From the IMG/VR virus record IMGVR_UViG_3300047282_000660, positions 1 through 37,027 of that record: a stretch of 37,027 nt of DNA; one strand, given 5' to 3'. Within the stretch, counting starts at the first letter, position 1, and each line of letters starts with the position of its first letter. Under the pieces are notes generated by a model. It made no database searches. It saw nothing but the letters and a program-made list of their open reading frames with translations, and had not been told where the DNA came from. The translations under genes were made by a program, and so were the position numbers. Positions 1-10,300 of the stretch are shown here, piece by piece. Source of the stretch: a virus. Its lineage: Duplodnaviria > Caudoviricetes.

Positions 1-413
1 GGATTAGATTGATTAGTTATATCTCTTAATTCTTGTCTATAAACGGTCCATAAATTTTTAGTAGATTCTGGAATATCACCCAATTGAGTCCAATCACATT
101 CTATAAGTAATTCGTTTCTCAATTCTCTTATTTCATTCCATTTATTTTCTATCTTTAAATTTATTTCCGATTCCGATGCATTAGTTTGTTCCCAATTTTG
201 ATAATAAACACCTTCTACTAATATTGGTGTTCCTTCAGATATATTTTTTGTATAATCAATTGGTTTTGGGGTTGTTCTTACTTCATAAATATCCCATTCT
301 GCCATTAAATTTTCCGTCATTTCAGATGGGAAACTTGTATGTGGATTATCCTCTCTTAATTTTTTCAAAGAATAAGGATAATTGATTTCATTATTTATAA
401 TTCTTAAATACAT
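1..413 (-). CDS. Tail fibre assembly chaperone (Tfa/phage tail assembly chaperone-like); 3' end lies outside the window
   Basis: Not in the ORF track; translated by hand from ATG at 413: MYLRIINNEINYPYSLKKLREDNPHTSFP...WNEIRELRNELLIECDWTQLGDIPESTKNLWTVYRQELRDITNQSN. The R..RN.LL..DWTQL.D.P...W..YRQ.LRD motif is typical of phage fibre chaperones. It starts 3 nt after the upstream TAA. Confidence 0.85.
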   Translation of the reverse strand, partial: MYLRIINNEINYPYSLKKLREDNPHTSFPSEMTENLMAEWDIYEVRTTPKPIDYTKNISEGTPILVEGVYYQNWEQTNASESEINLKIENKWNEIRELRNELLIECDWTQLGDIPESTKNLWTVYRQELRDITNQSN

Positions 414-416
414 AAT

Positions 417-1304
417 TTATTTCCAATTTGATGGTATTGATGCATAGTTTGTTAAACCAGTACAATTACGAAACGCTGCAGTTCCCAAAGGAGTTGGTGT
501 TCTTAACCACAATGTTGGTGCATTACCTGCTAAAGAATTTGAAGTTGATGCCATTTGATATACCGATGCAAATGTTAAAACATTCGTATTATTCGCAAAA
601 GTTAATACTGATGTTAAACTTCTACAAAATCTAAAAGTTGCAGAAAAGTTTGTTACTTGAGTATTCGTATCAAAAAGAGTAGATGGATAAGTTGCTAAAG
701 CAGTACATCCACTAAAACAAGATGAAAATGTTGTTGCATTTACATTATTATTAAACAATCCAGTAGGTATTGATGTTAAACCAGTTAAGAAAGAAAAAGA
801 GTCAGAAAAAGTTGTAGCATTTACAGCATAATCAAAAAGACCAGATGGAATAGATGTTAATGTAGTAGAACGCATAAAAGATGCAAAATTCTGAACATCC
901 GATAAACCTTCATATCCTATAGCCATAGTTCCTGCGGCTGGTATTGAACTTATATTACTACATCCATGAAAATTAAGTTCTCTTAATCCCACTTCTCCGA
1001 AATCTATTATACTATTAATTAGTAAACGAATTGATGAATTATTACCAACTTTAAATGATGGCATTAATCCAGTAATTTCTATTGTATATGTACCACCAGT
1101 ATTGTATGTATGGATTCTATTCGGGTCAGTAGAGGATGTTACTGTGCTTGAAAATCCATCTCCCCAATTTACAGAAAATAATGGAGTTAATGCACCATAA
1201 TCCGCTATTGGTAATGTAAATATTGTTCCACTACTTACGGTAACTTGAATTTTAAATGGTATGTTTGCTGTTTCCAATGGTATTAATTTTCTCGCTATAC
1301 TCAT
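417..1304 (-). CDS. Putative fibre-tip adhesin: PKD-like N-terminal domain plus ~25-aa LRR-like (BspA/DUF285-type) repeats
   Basis: VNWGDG...HTY..GGTYTIEITG PKD-like signature; repeats LTSIPSGLFDYAVNATTFSDSF / LTSIPTGLFNNNVNATTFSSCF / LATYPSTLFDTNTQVTNFSATF. Sits between the giant fibre gene and the chaperone gene. Confidence 0.7.
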   Translation of the reverse strand: MSIARKLIPLETANIPFKIQVTVSSGTIFTLPIADYGALTPLFSVNWGDGFSSTVTSSTDPNRIHTYNTGGTYTIEITGLMPSFKVGNNSSIRLLINSIIDFGEVGLRELNFHGCSNISSIPAAGTMAIGYEGLSDVQNFASFMRSTTLTSIPSGLFDYAVNATTFSDSFSFLTGLTSIPTGLFNNNVNATTFSSCFSGCTALATYPSTLFDTNTQVTNFSATFRFCRSLTSVLTFANNTNVLTFASVYQMASTSNSLAGNAPTLWLRTPTPLGTAAFRNCTGLTNYASIPSNWK

Positions 1305-1309
1305 AACTA

Positions 1310-4300
1310 TTAATTAAGATTTTTTCCTACTACAAATCCATAATATGTTGTACCAGCATTAAATGTAAAGAATGTTAATACATCAGTACCAGAAGATGTT
1401 AATACCGGTGCAGTTCCACCAGGCCAATCAACGTTTACTGGCCATGTAATTGAGTAAGCTCCAGCATTTACAGTTGTTAATGTAAATCCAAATCCAAGAC
1501 CCGCGCTGCCTGGTGGATTACTAAATGTTATAGTTGCACTTCCATTAAATTGTCTTCTAAAGTTATTCGCAGTGTTAAGGTCTAATGTAGCATTTCCACC
1601 TGTTCCTAAATCTGAAAATGTCTCAACAAACTTTTTTGCAAAAACATATCCATATCTAGCATCAATACTACCATCAGTACCTAAACCATTATTAATTGAT
1701 AATATAGTACCATCAAATAATAAGCCAGATTCTACATTAGCTTGTGCCGGAGTATTTTGCCATGTCAATATACCATTTTCAGCTGTACCCGAAGTTATCA
1801 ATCCACCATTTGTACCAGATGTACCAGAAGTAAAATTTGGAGGCGTTGTACCAGATGAACCAGAAGTACCACTAACACCATCAGTACCAGAAGTTCCAGA
1901 TGTAAAACCTGGAGGAGTTGTACCAGATGAACCAGATGTACCAGTTAAACCATCGGTACCAGATGTACCAGATGTAATACCAGGTGCAGAAGTTCCAGAT
2001 GTTCCACTAACACCATCAGTACCAGACGTTCCGGATGTAAAACCTGGAGGAGTTGTACCAGATGTACCACCACTACCCGCGGTACCAGATGAGCCATAGA
2101 ATGTACCATCAACACCAGAAGTACCCGATGTACCTGTACCAGATGTACCACTACTTCCGGATGTTCCTGCACCAGATGTACCAGATGTACCTGCAGTTCC
2201 GAAGTTTGTACCATCCAAACCAGAAGTACCCGATGTTCCTTCAGCTGAAGTTCCGGATGAACCAGATGTTCCCGCACCGGATGTACCAGATGAACCTGCA
2301 GTACCAGAACTTCCAAAATAAGTTCCATCTAAACCAGATGTACCCGCAGAGCCAGTTGTGCCATTTGTACCAGTTGAACCAGAAGTTCCTGCGGTACCTG
2401 TGCTTCCAGATGAACCAGAACTGCCACTAGAACCACTACTTCCGAAGAATGTACCATCTAAACCAGAAGTACCAGAAGTACCTGTTGAACCAGAGCTTCC
2501 TGCAGTACCGGTTGAACCAGATGAGCCTCCGCTTCCGCTAGTTCCAGATGAACCAGATGAACCAGAACTTCCGAAGAATGTTCCATCTAAACCAGAACTT
2601 CCCGCGCTACCAGTTGTACCAGATGTGCCTCCACTTCCAGAACTTCCTGAACTACCAGATGAACCGGATGTACCAGTTGAACCAGATGAACCAGATGAAC
2701 CGAAGAAAGTACCGTCAACACCAGATGTTCCAGATGTTGATGATGTACCAGAACTTCCAGTTGTACCAGATGAACCAGTTGTTCCAGAAGTTGCTGAAGA
2801 ACCAGATGAACCAGATGAACCAAAATACGTTCCATCTAAACCAGAAGTACCAGATGAGCCAGATGAACCGGAACTTCCTGCACTACCAGATGAACCAGCT
2901 GAACCCGCGCTTCCGGTTGAACCTGCGGTTCCAGATGAACCAGAACTTCCTGAACTACCAGATGTACCTTCCGCTGAAGTTCCAGATGAACCAGATGTAC
3001 CATTACTACCATTAATTCCAGAAGTTCCACTTTGTCCAGATGAACCAGATGAGCCAGATGAAGATGATGTACCAGAAGAACCAAAGAAAGTACCATCTAA
3101 ACCAGATGTACCAGAACTACCACTTAGACCGGATGAACCAGATGTGCCAGATGTACCGTTCGTGCCACTCGTTCCAGATGAACCAAAATACGTTCCATCT
3201 AAACCAGAAGTACCACCACTACCAGATGTACCAGAGCTTCCTGAACTTCCAGATGAACCTGCACTACCAGAACTACCATTTGTACCAGATGTGCCATCTA
3301 CACCCGAAGTACCATCTACGGCAGATGTTCCCGCGCTACCAGTTGTTCCAGATGAACCAGAACTTCCCGAACTTCCAGATGAACCTGCTGAACCAGTTGA
3401 ACCATCCGTACCGGATGTGCCGTCCACGCCTGAAGTACCATCTACACCGGATGTACCATCTACGCCGGAAGTTCCTGAAGAACCAGATGAGCCACTACTT
3501 CCAGATGTTCCAGACGTGCCTCCACTACCAGAACTACCATCAGTACCAGAAGTTCCATCTATACCAGAACTTCCTGAACTTCCACTGGATCCAGATGTAC
3601 CCGCAGAGCCTTCAGTACCGGAACTGCCACTACTTCCAGATGAACCAGAAGTTCCATCAGTACCAGATGTTCCAGATGAACCAGAACTTCCCGAACTTCC
3701 ACTTGTGCCATCAGAACCAGTTGTTCCAGAACTACCTCCACTACCAGAAGTGCCACTACTTCCAGAGCTTCCACTACTTCCAGAACTTCCAGATGAACCA
3801 GATGTTCCAGAAGAACCAGTAGTTCCCGATGAACCAGTTGTTCCAGAGCTTCCAGATGAACCAGAGCTTCCAGATGTACCACCACTTCCAGATGTGCCAG
3901 ATGAACCAGAGCTTCCCGATGTGCCACTACTTCCAGAACTTCCTGAACTTCCACTTGAACCAGATGTACCAGATGTACCATCTTGTCCTGATGTTCCAGA
4001 TGTGCCATCGGAGCCAGAAGTACCAGAACTGCCACTCGTTCCAGACGAGCCTGCGGTACCAGTTGAACCAGATGTGCCAGATGTACCAGAACTTCCAGAT
4101 GTACCAGCAGAACCTCCACTACCTCCTGTACCAGATGAGCCTCCCGTACCAGAGCTTCCAGATGAACCAGAGCTTCCAGAAGTGCCACTCGTTCCACCGG
4201 TGCCAGCAGTGCCATCCGTTCCAGATGTACCTGCTGAGCCTCCACTACCTGCAGAGCCTGCGGTACCTGATGTGCCAGAAGTTCCACCACTACCAGAAGT

Positions 4301-7300
4301 GCCACCACTTCCAGAAGAACCAGATGAACCAGAGCTTCCAGATGTGCCGGCAGTACCACCGGTACCAGTTGAACCAGAGCTACCACCACTACCAGATGAG
4401 CCACCACTACCAGAAGTTCCTGAAGTTCCACCACTACCAGAAGTGCCGCTTGTACCAGAGCTTCCAGATGTGCCACTTGAGCCTCCGGTACCAGTTGTAC
4501 CAGAGCTTCCAGATGAACCAGATGTACCAGATGTGCCTCCACTACCAGAGCTGCCGCTAGTTCCAGAGCTTCCAGATGTGCCAGAAGTTCCAGAACTTCC
4601 AGATGAGCCGCTACTTCCAGAAGAACCAGATGTTCCGGATGTGCCTCCACTACCAGAGGTACCAGAAGTTCCAGATGAACCAGTTGTTCCTGAGCTGCCG
4701 CTAGTTCCAGATGAACCAGATGTACCAGAGCTTCCAGATGTACCAGAGCTTCCAGATGTACCAGATGTTCCAGAAGAACCAGAGCTTCCTGAACTTCCCG
4801 ATGAACCAGAAGTACCAGATGTTCCAGATGAGCCTGCAGTTCCAGAAGAACCAGAGCTTCCGGATGAGCCAGAGCTTCCTGATGTTCCCGTTGTACCAGA
4901 GCTTCCAGAAGAACCAGAACTTCCAGATGAGCCATCGGTACCAGATGTACCAGATGAACCAGAGCTTCCAGATGAGCCGCTACTTCCAGATGAACCAGAT
5001 GTACCAGCCGAACCATCAGTTCCTGTCAAACCAGATGTACCAGATGAACCTACTGCCGCTGCTACGTTTCTTCTTTCTAATCTCTTAGTTACTGGATTCC
5101 AAATTACAACTTCATCAGATGAACCAGTTGGTAAATTATTTAATTGAAATGCTCCATTTCCTACGATACTACCACTAACTCCTATGCTACCACTTATTGT
5201 TAATGATGCATTGATTGTTTGGTCTTTGTTAATTTGTAAGAATGAAGCAGTATCAGTATTTGCTGCATTTAATGCGAATAAAGCAACACTAGCGGTATAT
5301 GCCAATGATGCAGTACCAACCCACATTGATGCGGTTTGTGATATTAATACGAAATTAGATGTATCAACGTTTGCCGCATTTGCTGCATATGCTGCGTAAG
5401 AAGATGAGATTGCGTAAGATGCACTCAATACTCTCATTGAAGAGGTTTGGTCATTTCTTACATAATCCACAAGATTTAATCCACTAAGATTTTCTACATA
5501 AGATGCTGTCAATGCGTAAGATGCAGATACCGCTCTACCAACACTCATTGATGCAGTCTGATTATTTTTTACATATTGAGCCGCATCTCCTAATGATGCT
5601 GATAATTGTGCTAAAGAAGCTGAATCAAATCCAGCTACAGAATCTGCAAATGATGCTTTAAATGCGTATGATGAAGATAATACCGTACCAAATACTCTAT
5701 CACCTTGGATTGTTCCTTGTATTAAAGAACCACCACTACCAATTACAACATGTCCACTCGTTAATCCTGCAAATTTGATGTTTATTGTATTATCATCAAT
5801 TGAATGAATTGTTCCAGGTAAAATTTGGTCTTCTGAACCAGTTGCATATACCTGAACCATTGGGTATCTTATTCCCAAATTATGTACAATAGTTAAATCA
5901 CTTACATTACTAAATGATACCGTTTCAGTCAATGATGTTTCCGGTTGTGGAATGTAATAACCTTGTGTTTCATTATATCTTAAAATATCGTACTCTGCGG
6001 ATGCAGTTGGTCCTACACCTTGGAATGTATATGTTCCTCTAAATGAACCAGTAAATAAAGATGCTAATATTGTATTTGATGCGGTAATATTATTATGAAC
6101 CTTAAGGTCATTTCCTACATAAACATTACCCCAAATACTTGCAGATGTATTTACAACAAATCCTTTATCTGGAGAAATAGAAGCGGTTACACTTCCACTC
6201 TTTAATAAGAATGTTTCAAATGATAAGTTTGCAATATTAATATTTGTCAAACCACTACCGTCACCAACAAATGCAGAACCACTTTGTAGTACAACATTAC
6301 CACCACTTATAAATAAACCACCACTAATTTCAGCCGAACCAGAGAAAATTCTTACCGATGTATTAATTTCCAATCCTTTGTTTGGTGAAATAACTGCTTG
6401 TGCGGAACCAGATACTATTCTATCTAATTTAAGGTCTTGCAATGCGTTTGCAGGGATATTAAACAATCCACCACCATCACCAATATAAAGTGCCGCAGTG
6501 ATTGGTACATTTACATCTAATTTAGTTGGGTCTATAATTGCTCTACCAGAACCGGATTGAATTCTATCTAATTGAAGGTCTTGAAGTGCAGATGCGGGGA
6601 TGTTAAATAATCCACCACCGTCACCTATGTATATGGATGCTGATAATGAACCACTAATTTGAACCGAACCTGTAAACTGAGAACCTACTGAACCAGATGG
6701 TGCTCCAGTTACTACTTCAAATATTCTACCACTTTGTACCGATGCTGTTGCCGAACCACTTGCTATCAATGGTGCCGCTGCCGCTTGTACGTTTGTAAGG
6801 AATCTACCATCACCAAAATAAAAATCAGCAGTAACATTATCGGTAACCAATAGAGAACCACTTAAGCTTACACTACCAGTAATTTCAGTTCCTATTTGAG
6901 AACCAGTTTTTGAAGTTATAACCACAAAACGGTCACCACTCGCTACTGATGCGGTTGCTGAACCACTGGCAATAAATGGTGCCGCAGTTGCTACTACATT
7001 CGTAATATATCTACCATCACCATAGAAGAAATCTGCGTAAATATTATCAGTTGCAGTTATACTTCCACTAACTTCAATTGAACCAGTAAATTGTGAACCA
7101 ACTTGAGATCCTGTTTTTGCAGTTATCACAACAAAAGTTTCACCACTAGCTACAGATGCAGTTGCCGAACCACTAGCAATTAATGGAGCAGCTGCCGCTT
7201 GTACGTTGGTGATATATCTACCATCACCATAAATGAATTCAGTTGCTCTTATACTTCCACTAACTTCAATTGAACCAGTAAATTGTGAACCAACTTGTGA

Positions 7301-10300
7301 GCCACTTCTATCAGTTATAACTCTAAATCCATAATCAGGTGATACCGAAGCTGTTATTGAACCAGATTTAATTTCAGTTGATATAAGTGCATCTAAAGTT
7401 AATGCAGAACGAGGAATATTTCTAAGATATGTACCTTCCGCGTATATGAACGATGATGAGTTAATGAATAAACCACCACTTATATCATTTATAAAAATAC
7501 TACCACTTACATCAATAGAACCAGTAATTTGAACACCTATTTGTGTAGAATATGCACTTTCAGTTACAGATGATGTAAATGGTGTAATTACTCTAAATCC
7601 ATAATCAGGAGAAACTGATGCGGTTACCGAACCTGATTTAATTTCAGTTGATATAAGTGCATCTTCAGTGAGTGCAGAACGAGGGATTCTTCTTAAATAT
7701 GTACCTTCTGCGTATATGAACGATGATGAATCAATTCTTATACTTCCGCTAAAATCAGAACCACTACCAAACGATTCCACTCTAAATCCGTAATCCGGCG
7801 ATACCGATGCGGTTACACTTCCACTTGCTATTCTAAATGCATCTCCAGTTAAATTTGAAAAAGGTATATCAAATAATCCTTTACCACTTCCACTAAACAT
7901 TGATGCAGAAATAGGTCTTGAAACATTTAAACTACCTGTAATTTCAGTATTTCCTATTAATTTTATTTCCGCTGGTAAATCAATTGAATCAACAATGAAT
8001 ATTTCACCAAACATTGCAGAATGCAATTGACAGTTGTAATATAAAACTCCAGGTGAACCAGATGGTGGTGTAAATGTAATTAATCCAGAATCTTCTCCAT
8101 TATTTACAACACTACTACTATATGCCCAATCAGTTCCAACTGATGGTTGGTATTTTAACCAGAAAGGATGTCCCGTTGCGTTTACATTAAATGTATATGG
8201 TATTCCTCTTTGTAATGTTAATCTTGCATTTGAACCACTTACCGAAGCATTTCTTACAATATATGCGCTTGAACCATTATTAGTTACATCAATAATTTTA
8301 TCAAGTTGATAATCAGGTGTTGGTCTTGTAGATGCAGATACTATAAGACTTCCATTGAGTCTAGAATGAACATTTACATTGAATCCTTCGGTTGGTGAAA
8401 TAGATGCGGTTGCACTTCCACTAAATATTTTTGTAGAATCAATTGCTACATTTGCTAATGTTATATTAGAAAGGTATCTACCATCACCAACAAAATAAGA
8501 ACCACTTGTTGATGTTACATTTCCTTTTACTAAAAGACTTCCAGTTATTTCAACTGATCCTGTAAATTCAGAACCACTATCTGCAGATTGAACTCTAAAT
8601 CCAAATTGTGGTGATACCGATGCTGTCACCGAACCCGATGCTATGAACGTTGATAATAAAGCGTCTGGAGTTAAAGCTGTTCTTGGAATATTAAATAATC
8701 CTTCACCAGAACCAGAATAGAAAGAACCAGAAGATAAGAATATACTTCCACTCACTTTTAAACTACCGGTAAATTGAGAACCACTTATTATAGATTCTAC
8801 TTTAAATCCAAACTGAGGTGATACCGATGCGGTTACACTTCCTGTTGCAATTCTTTTTAATTCTTCTGATAAAGCAGAGAAAGGAATATCGGTTAATCCA
8901 GCACCACTACCACTAAAGATAGATGCGGAAACACCAGATTCAAATCTAGAAATTCCTTTTGTTAATAATGAGCCACTTATTACAGCATTTGATTTAATAT
9001 CTGCAGAACCGGTTACAACAATAAATCCATTAATAGTTGCAGGAACATTTACTAATAATCCTAAATTTGGCGATATAGATGCAGTTGCCGAACCACTAAA
9101 TATTTTTGAAATATCTAAATCAGATATAGCAGAACGTGGTATATCAAATAAATTTCTACCACTACCGCTAAACGATGAACCACTTCTAACACTTACACCA
9201 TCTGCAATTAAACTACCACTTATTGAAATACTTCCTGTAAATTGAGAACCACTGGTTGCAGATTCAACCTTAAATCCAAAATTAGGAGAAACCGATGCAG
9301 TTACCGAACCAGATAAAATTCTGTTAGTATCTAATGCATCAGGTGCTAATGCTGTTCTTGGTATATTAAATAATCTTTCACCAGAACCACTAAACGATGA
9401 CCCACTTCTTAATTCAATATTACCATATGCAAAAAATCCTCCACTAACTTGCAAACTTCCACTAAAGTAAGAACCACTAATAATTGATTCAACTACAAAA
9501 CCTTTTGTAGCTATAGCAGATGCAGTTACGGAACCTTCTAATATTTTTGTAGGTGTAGGTGCCGGTATATTTGTTAAACGGCTACCATCTCCTTGAAAAG
9601 ATCCAGAAAAAGATGAACCAGTAAATTCAGTTGCAATTATTTTTGTAGAAGTTAATGATTGTGATACATTAACCGAACCACTAAATGATGAATCTCCACC
9701 TACAACCGCGAACCCATAAATAGGAGATACGGATGCGGTTACAGATCCAGATGCTATTCTATTTGCATCACCTGTAAATGCGGAAAATGGTATATCAAAT
9801 AAATTTCTACCACTACCACTAAACGAACCACTAATTTCTTTTGAAACAATTTTTTCAGATACATACAATCCTCCAGTTACAGATGTATCACCTCTAAATC
9901 TAATTTCAGCAGGTCTAACAAGTTTATCAACAATATAAATTCTACCACCCATACTACTATGGTACTGGCAATTATAATAAAGAACATCCGGTGAACCAGT
10001 TGGTGGTGTAAAAGTAATTACCCCAACATCATCACCATTATTTGTTACACCAGTATTATATCCATTGTTTGTTCCAATTGAATTTACCGTCTTAATAAAG
10101 AATGGATGTCCAGATGCATTTAGATTAAATGTATAAAGAATACCTCTTACTAAAACTATGTTAGGATTTGAACCGCTAACAGCGCCACTAAACAAATATG
10201 ATGTACTACCATCATTTGTAACGTTGAATACACAATCTGAACCTGTTGGATTCGCTAATTCAAAATTAGAAGATGATACTTCAAAACTTCCACTTATTTG

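Noticed and set aside
392-399. Canonical-orientation T4 late promoter TATAAATA on the minus strand
   Set aside because: It lies inside the chaperone coding sequence and is expected by chance in AT-rich DNA.
1805-5055. Possible CRISPR array or non-coding satellite
   Set aside because: No constant repeat with unique spacers; variation follows codon positions inside a continuous ORF.
1945-5088. Alternative-frame ORFs rich in VHL/LEV (minus) or MYQ/MNQ (plus)
   Set aside because: Frame-shifted readings of the same low-complexity repeat, with no independent evidence of coding or programmed frameshifting.
2358-5147. 929-aa plus-strand Pro/Glu/Val/Asp ORF and the 175-aa ORF at 1572-2099
   Set aside because: Antisense shadows of the 9-nt Gly-Ser/Thr repeat, which lacks stops in that frame. 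Their extent tracks the repeat and every credible gene is on the minus strand.
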